Virus record (IMG/VR): IMGVR_UViG_3300032116_000006
DNA: 64,000 bases
Source: a virus
Lineage: Duplodnaviria; Heunggongvirae; Uroviricota; Caudoviricetes
Direction: 5' to 3' (one strand)
Position numbers and translations under genes: made by a program. The notes under the pieces are model-generated. The model saw only the letters and a list, made by a program, of their open reading frames with translations. It was not told the DNA's origin and did not search any database. Below are positions 27,353 to 35,672 of this stretch, one piece after another (position 1 is the first letter of the stretch; each line of letters opens with the position of its first letter).

Positions 27353-27708
27353 AAATCTCTACAACACATCAAAAATTTGCAAATGATTTAAAAGACCAAA
27401 CTGCTCTAGAATACCCTGAATATTTTATAGGTCCCAATTGGAAAGATGTTCTGAACTTCTGGATTTATTTGGACACTTTGAGCGGTGAAAAGCGTAAGAT
27501 AATTAGCAATCGCTTTGATAATCTTGAAGAGCTGGGCCGATTAACAAGTATTACTCTGAAAGCTGCTGAAGATACTATAGGTGTTAAATATGTAGATGCA
27601 GCTTGGAGTGCCCCTCCATCATTTGCATCTGCTTATGCAACCTGTGAACTTATCAATTCACATAATCTAGAGTCTTTTAATTTTCTTCCTTTGTTTTTGA
27701 ATCCATGA
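27349..27708 (+). CDS. MKISTTHK-family paralog 7
   Basis: Conserved termini. 'AAEDTIGVKYVDAAW' core subtype. Confidence 0.7.
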   Translation: MKISTTHQKFANDLKDQTALEYPEYFIGPNWKDVLNFWIYLDTLSGEKRKIISNRFDNLEELGRLTSITLKAAEDTIGVKYVDAAWSAPPSFASAYATCELINSHNLESFNFLPLFLNP

Positions 27709-28118
27709 AAATCTCTAAAATACATAAAAAATTTGCAGATCATTTAGATGATCAAGATGCCCTAAAATATCCTGAAGAATTTCTAGGTACTAATTGGAAA
27801 GATGTTTTGAACTTCTGGATTTATTTGGACACTTTGAGTGATGGAGAACATAATTTAATTAATGAACATAATTTAATTAATGAACATTATTACAATTTAA
27901 ATTGTATTCATGTAAAAGAAGCCAATAAGAAAGCTACTAGACGTATTATAGGTTACTATTGTGCAAATGCAGCTTGGAATGCCACTCCTACAGTTGCATC
28001 TGCTTATGCAACCATTGAACTCATTGGTTCTCATAATCTAGAGTCTATTAATTTACTTTCATTGTTTTATCAATCAGAAACTTTTAAGTGTCACTTCAAA
28101 AACTGGACTAGCACCTAA
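27705..28118 (+). CDS. MKISTTHK-family paralog 8
   Basis: Conserved N-terminus. Core contains the in-frame 21-bp tandem duplication EHNLINEHNLINEH. C-terminus extended and diverged. Confidence 0.6.
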   Translation: MKISKIHKKFADHLDDQDALKYPEEFLGTNWKDVLNFWIYLDTLSDGEHNLINEHNLINEHYYNLNCIHVKEANKKATRRIIGYYCANAAWNATPTVASAYATIELIGSHNLESINLLSLFYQSETFKCHFKNWTST

Positions 28119-28143
28119 ATCAACCTGAGGACAAACAGCTATT

Positions 28144-29205
28144 ATGATAAAAGTTAATTCACTCAAAGACATGACAAATCTTCCATATGATGCTGTAGTT
28201 TTTATTGGCAGATTTAATCCACCTCATCATGAACATTTAAACATCATTTGTCGCGCTTTTGAAACTCTTTCACATAAGGTAATTATAATTATTGGTTCAG
28301 CAGGAAAGCCAAGATCATATAAGAATCCCTTTTTTGAAAACGAAAGGGAAAACCTCATCATTACAAGCCTGCTACATGATTATGGTCATCATACAACACA
28401 GACCGAAAATTTTCATATCTTCCATAGCATTGATTACATTTATGATAACAAAAAATGGGCAGATGAAATCAAAAAGCAAGTAAAAACGGTAACCGCAGAA
28501 ACTGACAAAATTGCAATCATTGGTCACCGAAAAGATCAATCATCATTCTATCTTGACCTATTTCCCGAGTATGATTTGATTGAACAACCAATGACTCAAA
28601 ATCTTAGTTCCACAGATATCCGAAAACTCTACTTCAAAGAATCCCCCAATCTCAACTTTCTTTCGGGTGTTATTACAGATAGTGTAAGTGAGTTTTTGAA
28701 AGAATTTTCAGAAACTGAAGATTTTCAGATGTTGGTGAGAGAAAGGGAGTATGAGGAAAATTATAAGAAGCCCTTTTCACTTTTACCATATCCTCCAGTA
28801 TTTGTAACTGCAGATGCTGTAGTTTTTTCTGGGAATCAAATTCTTTTGATTGAACGAGCCAACGAACCTGGAAAGGGTCTATTGGCTCTTCCTGGTGGAT
28901 TTTTGGATGCTAACTCGGATGCTTCACTCCAAGATGCAATGTTTCGTGAACTTAAAGAAGAAACTGGTCTTGAATTAACTGAAAAAGATATCACAGAATT
29001 CAATGTATTTGATGCAATTGATAGAAGCTCAAGAGGCCGAGTGATCACTATGGCATATACTTTAAATGTTCCAGATCGGTTTTTACATCAAGTCATAGCA
29101 TCTACAGATGCAAAAACTGTAGATTGGTATCCTATCTCAAGTCTAAACCGAAGACAGTTTTTTGAAGATCATTTTGAAATTATTTCTCAATGTGGAGGGT
29201 TTTGA
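28144..29205 (+). CDS. nadM: bifunctional NMN adenylyltransferase / Nudix hydrolase (NadM-Nudix, NatV-like)
   Basis: N-terminal nucleotidyltransferase (H/T)xGH-type motif GRFNPPHHEH. C-terminal Nudix box GGFLDANSDASLQDAMFRELKEETGL (REx2EE). Same architecture as KVP40 NatV. Confidence 0.8.
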   Translation: MIKVNSLKDMTNLPYDAVVFIGRFNPPHHEHLNIICRAFETLSHKVIIIIGSAGKPRSYKNPFFENERENLIITSLLHDYGHHTTQTENFHIFHSIDYIYDNKKWADEIKKQVKTVTAETDKIAIIGHRKDQSSFYLDLFPEYDLIEQPMTQNLSSTDIRKLYFKESPNLNFLSGVITDSVSEFLKEFSETEDFQMLVREREYEENYKKPFSLLPYPPVFVTADAVVFSGNQILLIERANEPGKGLLALPGGFLDANSDASLQDAMFRELKEETGLELTEKDITEFNVFDAIDRSSRGRVITMAYTLNVPDRFLHQVIASTDAKTVDWYPISSLNRRQFFEDHFEIISQCGGF

Positions 29206-29207
29206 AC

Positions 29208-29531
29208 ATGTCATGCTTTTCCGAACAGCGTCACCAGTTGAATCTCAGGATCCAGCAGGAGAGCAAGGAAAATCTTAAACATTATGGTTTGAATGTATCG
29301 GATCGGGTATTGGCGATCTTAATGGCAAACTACTGTTGTGAAATGGGTAGGCTTCTTGATGAAAATGGTTTATTGGCTGGCTTAAGTGATGATTGTTTTT
29401 ATTGGTATGATAATCACAAAAAGAGAGATAAGAGTAAAAGAGATGAAAAGATGAAACAACTTAAGGAACTACAAGATAATCTACAAGCCCAATTAAAAGA
29501 AGTAGAAAATCAACTCAAGGAGCTAAATTGA
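29208..29531 (+). CDS. hypothetical protein (~108 aa)
   Basis: The track ORF begins at 29190, overlapping nadM. The ATG at 29208 (MSCFSEQ...) is more plausible. Coiled-coil C-terminus. Confidence 0.4.
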   Translation: MSCFSEQRHQLNLRIQQESKENLKHYGLNVSDRVLAILMANYCCEMGRLLDENGLLAGLSDDCFYWYDNHKKRDKSKRDEKMKQLKELQDNLQAQLKEVENQLKELN

Positions 29532-29878
29532 TTGTGACAAATCAACCACTTTGGAAGCAACTGGAAAAAGGAAACTGGACAAAAGTTATTGAATTATTGC
29601 AGGACAATTTGATCACATTATTCAATTCTGAGGCTAACAAGGCTAAAATGCCAGAAATAACTTTATGTAGGGATTGCATACATTGGGAATGCAATATTGC
29701 TAACTCAGAACTTGAAAATTATCCAAGGAATATTAAACCTTCAGATGGTTGGATTGATGGTCAATGTAGTAAACTTAAATATGAAACTTATATTTCAACT
29801 TATGGTGGCAATCAGTGTCCTGTTGTATTAATTGAAACTGATGCAAACTTTTGGTGTGCATGTGGTAGTCCAAAATGA
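29528..29878 (+). CDS. Cys-rich hypothetical protein, 116 aa (probable zinc-binding)
   Basis: Several Cys pairs (CRDCIHWEC ... CSKL ... CPVV ... CACG). Confidence 0.5.
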   Translation: MIVTNQPLWKQLEKGNWTKVIELLQDNLITLFNSEANKAKMPEITLCRDCIHWECNIANSELENYPRNIKPSDGWIDGQCSKLKYETYISTYGGNQCPVVLIETDANFWCACGSPK

Positions 29879-30228
29879 AAGATGAACATTTAAGAATATT
29901 GAGACATATGCTGGGCCTAACCGATTTATACAAAGCAATTCCAGAACCATATAGAAATTATTATTGTGCTAATCCTGGCAATGAAATTTTACATGAATTG
30001 CAAACACTAGGAATGGTTAAACTCTATAATATTTGTGATAATTATGAATGGTTCACTACAACAGATTTAGGAAAATCCAAAGCCATAGAAAGCTTTTGGA
30101 AATTACAAAAGCCTAAAAAAGCTAGGAGATATGTATGCTTCTTGAGGATTAAAGATATTTATAATCAGCTAACATTTAAAGAGTTTTTAACACTCCCAGA
30201 ATTTAAAACACATCGTACCAATTGCTAA
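29875..30228 (+). CDS. hypothetical protein, 117 aa
   Basis: ORF with ATGA overlap. Confidence 0.5.
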   Translation: MKDEHLRILRHMLGLTDLYKAIPEPYRNYYCANPGNEILHELQTLGMVKLYNICDNYEWFTTTDLGKSKAIESFWKLQKPKKARRYVCFLRIKDIYNQLTFKEFLTLPEFKTHRTNC

Positions 30229-30235
30229 CTCACTC

Positions 30236-30604
30236 ATGATAAACATTCTAGTCATTTTATTTCAACTCTATTTTTCAATTCCAATTTCTCAAAGTAATCC
30301 TTTTTGGATCTTTAATGTTTGGTTTTATTCTCTAGGTTTTATCAGTCAATTGATTATTCTTTATGCAATTTTAACACAGCCTGGAGTTTTTACCTTTATT
30401 GAAAATGAAGTCAGAAACATCTATTATAAAAACCTGGCATCTCAGGAAGAAAGATTTTCCTATTATGCTACAATTGTTATTGAATTCATTGAGCTGTTTC
30501 TTTTTCTTTATTTTGGACTTTATAATGTTTTCATAGCTTATTCACTTTACCTTGGAACTTTTTATCTCATTCGGCATTTTCTATTCTCAACTGAAAAATC
30601 GTAG
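30236..30604 (+). CDS. hypothetical multi-pass membrane protein, 122 aa
   Basis: Three to four hydrophobic helices. Confidence 0.45.
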   Translation: MINILVILFQLYFSIPISQSNPFWIFNVWFYSLGFISQLIILYAILTQPGVFTFIENEVRNIYYKNLASQEERFSYYATIVIEFIELFLFLYFGLYNVFIAYSLYLGTFYLIRHFLFSTEKS

Positions 30605-30688
30605 ACAGTTCTCCTTCTGTCACTGGTTGGTTGAGACAACGGGCCATTTCACCTATAATGTTCTTAACACTAAAACATTCAAAATCAA

Positions 30689-32065
30689 ATGACAATTTCT
30701 AAATCAATCGTCTGCAACACAGATCTTTACAAATATTCTCAGCCTTATCAATATCCTAAAAATACCCAAGCTATTTTTTCGTATATTGCAAGTCGCGGTG
30801 GAGATTGGGATCAAAGTGTTTTCTTTGGACTTCAAATGTTCCTAAAAGAATATCTTGAACCGAGAGTAACTACTGAAGATATTGATTATGCTCAAGAATT
30901 GATTCCAGCACATGGGCTTCCTTTTTATAGAGATTTGTGGGATTATATTGTTGATGCACATGACGGAAAACTGCCACTAAAAATCAGAGCAGTTCCTGAA
31001 GGAACTGTAGTTCCAACTAAAAATGTTCTAGTTACAATTGAACCAACAGACCAAAACTGCTGGTGGCTTGTAGATCACGTTGAATCTCCTCTTCTTAGGG
31101 GAGTCTGGTATCCCACTACCGTTTGCACTAATTCTTATTTGAGCAAAGCAATCATCAAAGAGTATCTAGAAGAAACTGGATCACCAGAATTGCTATCAAC
31201 TCGTTTGAGTGATTTTGGATTAAGGGGAGTTTCATCTTTTGAATCTTCTGGAATTGGAGGTGTTGCACATCTAGTTCATTTTGATGGAACTGATAATGTA
31301 AATGGATCTCAATATGCTAGACATTTTTATAATAGAAAGTTGACTGGGCTTGAATCCATTCCAGCAATGCAACATTCTACAGTAACATCTTGGGGTAGAG
31401 AAGCTGAAGTTGACTCATATCGCAATATGTTGAGTCTATTTGGGTTTCCTAAAGCTGTTATTGCCTGCGTTAGTGATAGTTACAACATTTATGAGGCATG
31501 TGAAAATCTATGGGGAGACCAATTACGTGAAGAAGTTATTAATTCTGGTGCAATTGTTGTTGTTAGATCTGATAGTGGGGATCCAACAGTCGTTCTACTT
31601 AAATGTCTAGAAATTCTTGATAAGAAATTTGGACACACGGTAAACTCTAAAGGTTATAAAGTCTTGAATAATGTGCGCCTCTTTCAAAGTGATGGAATCA
31701 AACATGATCTAATTTCTAGGATTCTTTATCTTTTCAAGGCCGCTGGGTTCTCTACTGATAACATTGCCTTTGGTCAAGGTGGTGCACTACTTCAACAACT
31801 TGATCGGGATACTCAAAAAGAAGCAATGAAAGGTTCTGCAATTATGATTAATGGCATTTGGTATGAAATGTATAAGGATCCAATTACAGATCCAGGTAAA
31901 AGCTCTTTCAGGGGTCGCTTAGATTTATTCCAAACTGATGATGGAGTTTTCACTGCGAAAGAAGGTTCTTTCAATTACCCATCAGCTCTAAGAAATGTTT
32001 TTGAAAATGGTGATCTTTATCATGTTGAAGATATGGATACCATTAAGGCTAGGGTCACCTTTTAA
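30689..32065 (+). CDS. nadV: nicotinamide phosphoribosyltransferase (NAMPT/NadV)
   Basis: 458 aa. N-terminal TDLYKYSQ and overall length and architecture of NadV. Pairs with nadM-Nudix as in the KVP40 NAD salvage pathway. Confidence 0.85.
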   Translation: MTISKSIVCNTDLYKYSQPYQYPKNTQAIFSYIASRGGDWDQSVFFGLQMFLKEYLEPRVTTEDIDYAQELIPAHGLPFYRDLWDYIVDAHDGKLPLKIRAVPEGTVVPTKNVLVTIEPTDQNCWWLVDHVESPLLRGVWYPTTVCTNSYLSKAIIKEYLEETGSPELLSTRLSDFGLRGVSSFESSGIGGVAHLVHFDGTDNVNGSQYARHFYNRKLTGLESIPAMQHSTVTSWGREAEVDSYRNMLSLFGFPKAVIACVSDSYNIYEACENLWGDQLREEVINSGAIVVVRSDSGDPTVVLLKCLEILDKKFGHTVNSKGYKVLNNVRLFQSDGIKHDLISRILYLFKAAGFSTDNIAFGQGGALLQQLDRDTQKEAMKGSAIMINGIWYEMYKDPITDPGKSSFRGRLDLFQTDDGVFTAKEGSFNYPSALRNVFENGDLYHVEDMDTIKARVTF

Positions 32066-32100
32066 AGTGGCCTAAGCTTTCTACACTCACCCTCAAAATC
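32053..32100 (+). repeat. 48-bp perfect dispersed repeat, copy 1 (GGTCACCTTTTAAAGTGGCCTAAGCTTTCTACACTCACCCTCAAAATC)
   Basis: Identical 48-mer at 33243..33290. Copy 1 encodes the last 4 codons of nadV and extends into the intergenic region. Contains a hairpin GGTCAC-N8-GTGGCC. Confidence 0.8.
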
Positions 32101-32136
32101 TACTATACTATTAAAGGTTAAATACAATTCCTAATT

Positions 32137-32691
32137 ATGAGTACATTTAATCCAACACTATTCACTCAAATGGAGCTACCATCTAGTTCTTACGACATCG
32201 AAAACCTATCATTGGAAGAACTAGATGCTTTATTGCCAGAACTTGAAACTAAATTGCAGTCTCTAGAAACACCCCCAATTGATGAGGTAGTTGAACAAAA
32301 GTTTAATAATGAATGGGAATTAATTTTTGGTTGTCTGGAAGAGGAGTATAACTCAGATTTAAATACAACAAAACAGGTGCTATATATCTATACTGCTTTT
32401 GAAAATTTACTTAAAGAACTAATTGGAGATGAAAATACAAAATTATTTCTGAGGATCTCTAAACAATGTATCAACGAGAAGTCATTTAAATATGTTAATC
32501 GTATATATTCAAAAGTTGATACGCCGGTTGAAAATGCTACAATTAAGCTATTTTTCAGCATTCTACAGAACAAGTTTGGTAAACTCAAGAATTGGGAATT
32601 GAAAAGTAATATTAATTATATTACCACAGAATATCCAGAGCTAAAAGAAACCTGCTCCATTCTTAAAGAACTTCAAATCATTACCTTTTAA
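32137..32691 (+). CDS. hypothetical protein, 184 aa
   Basis: ORF. Confidence 0.5.
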   Translation: MSTFNPTLFTQMELPSSSYDIENLSLEELDALLPELETKLQSLETPPIDEVVEQKFNNEWELIFGCLEEEYNSDLNTTKQVLYIYTAFENLLKELIGDENTKLFLRISKQCINEKSFKYVNRIYSKVDTPVENATIKLFFSILQNKFGKLKNWELKSNINYITTEYPELKETCSILKELQIITF

Positions 32692-32697
32692 TTCATC

Positions 32698-33231
32698 ATG
32701 CAAACACTCCAAAATCCCCAAGAAGTCAAATCACTAATTGAACAAATCAAAAGGCGTAAATTTGAGATTGAAAATTCAAAGACAATTAAAGATTTAATTG
32801 CAGATTCTTTTCGTGAAAGATGGGAAAGAGTTGAAAAAAATAAAATTGAAAAATTTCAAAAAGTTATTCAACATGCTCAAACTTCTCTAAGAGTTGAAAT
32901 CTCAATCATTGAATCCCTGCGTCAACTTGTAGATGATGAATTTGTTCAGAATCTAGAATATGGATTTTCGCTCGTTCGTAAAACAAATGATTTGCGCTCT
33001 ATTAAGAGTGTTTATTCTAAATATCAACATGATGAGAAACTTCGCCAGGTTTTGAAGCTTATCACTTGCGTTTATAAGTATAATACTGAAACTGATAAGC
33101 TAGCATTAAACATGATTAAGTTTAATTTAAAATCTAGAATTAAATATGCAATTCTTTGTCCGCATTGTGGAGAAGTCGCTAAAAGTATTCTAACAAATAT
33201 TCAAAACACCAAGGTTCTTCAGCTTCCATAG
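32698..33231 (+). CDS. hypothetical protein, 177 aa
   Basis: ORF. C-terminal CPHCGE motif. Confidence 0.5.
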   Translation: MQTLQNPQEVKSLIEQIKRRKFEIENSKTIKDLIADSFRERWERVEKNKIEKFQKVIQHAQTSLRVEISIIESLRQLVDDEFVQNLEYGFSLVRKTNDLRSIKSVYSKYQHDEKLRQVLKLITCVYKYNTETDKLALNMIKFNLKSRIKYAILCPHCGEVAKSILTNIQNTKVLQLP

Positions 33232-33242
33232 GATTTATCAAA

Positions 33243-33290
33243 GGTCACCTTTTAAAGTGGCCTAAGCTTTCTACACTCACCCTCAAAATC
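33243..33290 (+). repeat. 48-bp perfect dispersed repeat, copy 2
   Basis: Identical to 32053..32100. Intergenic, 15 nt upstream of the ATG at 33305. Confidence 0.8.
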
Positions 33291-33304
33291 CATTATTCTA
33301 CATC

Positions 33305-33580
33305 ATGACAGCAGAACCCCTTTTCGTTTATGAAAATTCTTGGTCATCACCACGATTTCTATTCAAACAAAACATTGGTGACTTTGTTGGTGCTACTTCT
33401 TTAAGTATCAATCTTGATGAGTTTACTGAAAATAAAACATTTTTCGGAAGATCTGGAAGTTTTAAAGTAAGTGGAGATTACTCAAATGTAAAGAGATTTG
33501 GTCAACTTCTTGAACGAGAATATGGTAAATATCTTTCGCTTGAAGCTGACTGGCCCTACTACGATTCACTTGTTTATTAA
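33305..33580 (+). CDS. hypothetical protein, 91 aa
   Basis: ORF. Confidence 0.45.
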   Translation: MTAEPLFVYENSWSSPRFLFKQNIGDFVGATSLSINLDEFTENKTFFGRSGSFKVSGDYSNVKRFGQLLEREYGKYLSLEADWPYYDSLVY

Positions 33581-33590
33581 TTTTTAGAAC

Positions 33591-34289
33591 ATGTTCATCT
33601 CATTTGCTCTAGCGCACACCCTTAGCACTGCACCAGTACAAATTCCATTTCTTGTCACTGAGCCTGTAACAATTGCTCGTAGTTATGGGAGCCGCTCTAG
33701 TTCTTTTCGCTCTAGTTCTTTTCGCTCAAGTTATTCTGCACCATCTCGTATTCGTGTAAACTCTACATCTGTTCAAAGGGTTTCACCTCCAAGGACAATT
33801 AATATCTCTAAACCAGCCAATTCATCTTTAACACCAAAACTTGGGCCAACTCTACAGAAAACAACCTTGAAAAGGTTGGCAGATAAAAATGGGATGGTTC
33901 CAATTACTAAATCTGCTCCACCAAAACCAGTTCTAGTTTCGGCACCAAAAACAACTCCACCTAAAACTATTATTTCTGCTCCTCGTCCAAAAAATACAAT
34001 TGCTGCACCATCAACCTCAAGGTATTATCCACAGCCATCAAATTCACCAGTAATTATTCATCAAGATTCATCATTTTCAAATCCTTGGATGTGGATGTAT
34101 CTTATGGATAACCGAAACCAAGCTCCTCAAATTTCAACAAATGCTGCACTTAGAAATTTGAATGGTGATACTGTCAGCACCAAAATTGTGACACGGGAAG
34201 AGAGAAATCCACTTAAGGATTTTCTTCTTATTTCTCTTGGTCTTGGTTGTGGTATTCCTGTTGGGTATCTTTTCTTAAACAAAAAATGA
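33591..34289 (+). CDS. Pro/Ser/Thr-rich low-complexity protein with C-terminal transmembrane anchor, 232 aa
   Basis: N-terminal hydrophobic segment. Repeats SSSFRSSSFRSSYS and PPKP/APKTTPPK. Single C-terminal TM (LLISLGLGCGIPVGYLFL). Confidence 0.5.
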   Translation: MFISFALAHTLSTAPVQIPFLVTEPVTIARSYGSRSSSFRSSSFRSSYSAPSRIRVNSTSVQRVSPPRTINISKPANSSLTPKLGPTLQKTTLKRLADKNGMVPITKSAPPKPVLVSAPKTTPPKTIISAPRPKNTIAAPSTSRYYPQPSNSPVIIHQDSSFSNPWMWMYLMDNRNQAPQISTNAALRNLNGDTVSTKIVTREERNPLKDFLLISLGLGCGIPVGYLFLNKK

Positions 34290-34310
34290 AAACTCCAGAA
34301 TGATTCATAT

Positions 34311-34326
34311 GGCTCATAACTGAGCC
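34311..34326 (+). other. short hairpin GGCTCA-TAAC-TGAGCC followed by TTTAA (terminator or processing hairpin before the tRNA)
   Basis: Perfect 6-bp stem, read directly from the sequence. Confidence 0.3.
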
Positions 34327-34332
34327 TTTAAC

Positions 34333-34416
34333 CGGCCTCTGATGGAATAGGTAGACATAGTGGACTTAAAATCCCCTGTCCGTAAGGGCGTAAGAGTTCG
34401 AGTCTCTTGGGGCCGA
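34333..34416 (+). tRNA. tRNA-Leu (anticodon TAA), class II with long variable arm; 3' CCA not encoded
   Basis: Manual fold. Acceptor CGGCCTC/GGGGCCG (7 bp, one GU). D-stem ATG/CAT. Anticodon stem GTGGA/TCCCC (one mismatch) with loop CTTAAAA. Variable arm ~15 nt. T-arm AAGAG-TTCGAGT-CTCTT. Discriminator A. Confidence 0.65.
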
Positions 34417-34504
34417 TTTAAACGATAAAGAATCCTTATCAAAAACACCTTGACAGTTCAAACCACTTCGGTTATCGTTAAATCAACCAAGCAAATGAGC
34501 CTCA

Positions 34505-34867
34505 ATGAACTTAATCAATTTGATTATAGAAGGAATCCCAACAAAAAATGACCATACCTTAAAGGTGAATAAGCCACTACTAATTTTTAAAATTGCAATT
34601 CAAGCTCCATTTCAGATCTTTAACATACTTTCTAGTCAAATTGCTTTCCTTAGTGCCAAAGGAATTGATTTTCTATACATTGTTATACGAAAACCACACA
34701 TTAGTACAATTGTATTTTCCAGTCTTCTGGGAGCTTTAAATCTTCTTTTTGATCAAATTTCTGAAATTTGTAGAAAATTGATTCAAGCAATTGATTTCAT
34801 TTTCCCAAAATACTATCACTACATTCAATTATCATCCAAAGAGCAAGAAACAAATGAACATTCTTAG
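34505..34867 (+). CDS. hypothetical membrane protein, 120 aa
   Basis: Hydrophobic ORF. First of three overlapping small hydrophobic ORFs. Confidence 0.35.
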   Translation: MNLINLIIEGIPTKNDHTLKVNKPLLIFKIAIQAPFQIFNILSSQIAFLSAKGIDFLYIVIRKPHISTIVFSSLLGALNLLFDQISEICRKLIQAIDFIFPKYYHYIQLSSKEQETNEHS

Positions 34868-35090
34868 AGCCTGGATCTTAAAACTTAATAGAGCAGATCG
34901 TAATGCAACTGTAAACTGGTTAAACATAATCATTCGGTTATTGATTATCTCTATTATTCTTTTCCCCAGTGCATTACTCATAATCTTAGTTGAGATTATT
35001 AATAAGGTTTTAAATGGAATTTATGATAAAACTTATAATTTTATTGATATGTGGTTCCCACCAGTAAAATATACAAAAATTACCAAGTAA
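34791..35090 (+). CDS. hypothetical membrane protein, 99 aa
   Basis: Hydrophobic ORF. Overlaps its neighbours in another frame. Confidence 0.3.
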   Translation: MISFSQNTITTFNYHPKSKKQMNILRAWILKLNRADRNATVNWLNIIIRLLIISIILFPSALLIILVEIINKVLNGIYDKTYNFIDMWFPPVKYTKITK

Positions 35091-35353
35091 TCAAACCCAA
35101 CCAATCAACCAATCAAAGAACAATGGCATTCAAAGTTTCGTTTACCACTAAAACCAAAAAAATCACCATTTACCCACATTGGCTCATTCTTGAAATTTGT
35201 ATTGCGGTTCCACTGATTATTATTGGTGTATTGGTTTTAATTGGCTATGGCTTATTTGCCACTCTTCTATTTGCTATTAACAAGATGATTGATACAGTTC
35301 AATATCTTATCCCATCTGGAATTAACGTAAGCGATAGAGAGCAAAATAAATAA
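35051..35353 (+). CDS. hypothetical membrane protein, 100 aa
   Basis: Two TM-like segments. Confidence 0.35.
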   Translation: MVPTSKIYKNYQVIKPNQSTNQRTMAFKVSFTTKTKKITIYPHWLILEICIAVPLIIIGVLVLIGYGLFATLLFAINKMIDTVQYLIPSGINVSDREQNK

Positions 35354-35372
35354 TTTCAGTTGCAATGATAAA

Positions 35373-35651
35373 ATGGACTACACCATCACAACTTGTTTTA
35401 GATGGTTACTGTTCCCAAAAAATAAAAAGGAGATCGTAAAAATCTACAAGATTGAAGGATTTCCTTTTTCATTTGACCGTCTTCCTGAACTAGCAAGAAA
35501 TGAACCTGAAATAATCAGCGAAGCTAATGAAAAAATGGCAATAAGAATTGAACAAATGTCTAGGTGGTCTAATTATCTAATAGCAGAAGAAGCACATCCA
35601 TTTTTCTTTGATTTGAAACTAAAAAATCCAGAAGAACTTCCAACTATTTAA
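35373..35651 (+). CDS. hypothetical protein, 92 aa
   Basis: ORF. Confidence 0.45.
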   Translation: MDYTITTCFRWLLFPKNKKEIVKIYKIEGFPFSFDRLPELARNEPEIISEANEKMAIRIEQMSRWSNYLIAEEAHPFFFDLKLKNPEELPTI

Positions 35652-35658
35652 ATACTCA

Positions 35659-35672
35659 TTCATAAATAGTGC
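35659..35672 (+). promoter_or_regulatory. late-promoter-like box TCATAAATAGTGCA upstream of the 2044-aa gene
   Basis: ATAAATAG again, as at 13909. About 25 nt upstream of the in-frame ATG at 35696. Confidence 0.3.

Noticed and set aside
26643-27372. ORFs 26643-26825(-), 26716-26967(+), 26822-27043(-) and 27160-27372(-) around the AAA ATPase and paralog 6
   Set aside because: They overlap the better-supported AAA ATPase and family-member frames.
34417-34500. Second tRNA immediately downstream of tRNA-Leu
   Set aside because: An 11-bp stem encloses about 42 nt, but I could not fold a cloverleaf. Left as an unclassified structured element.
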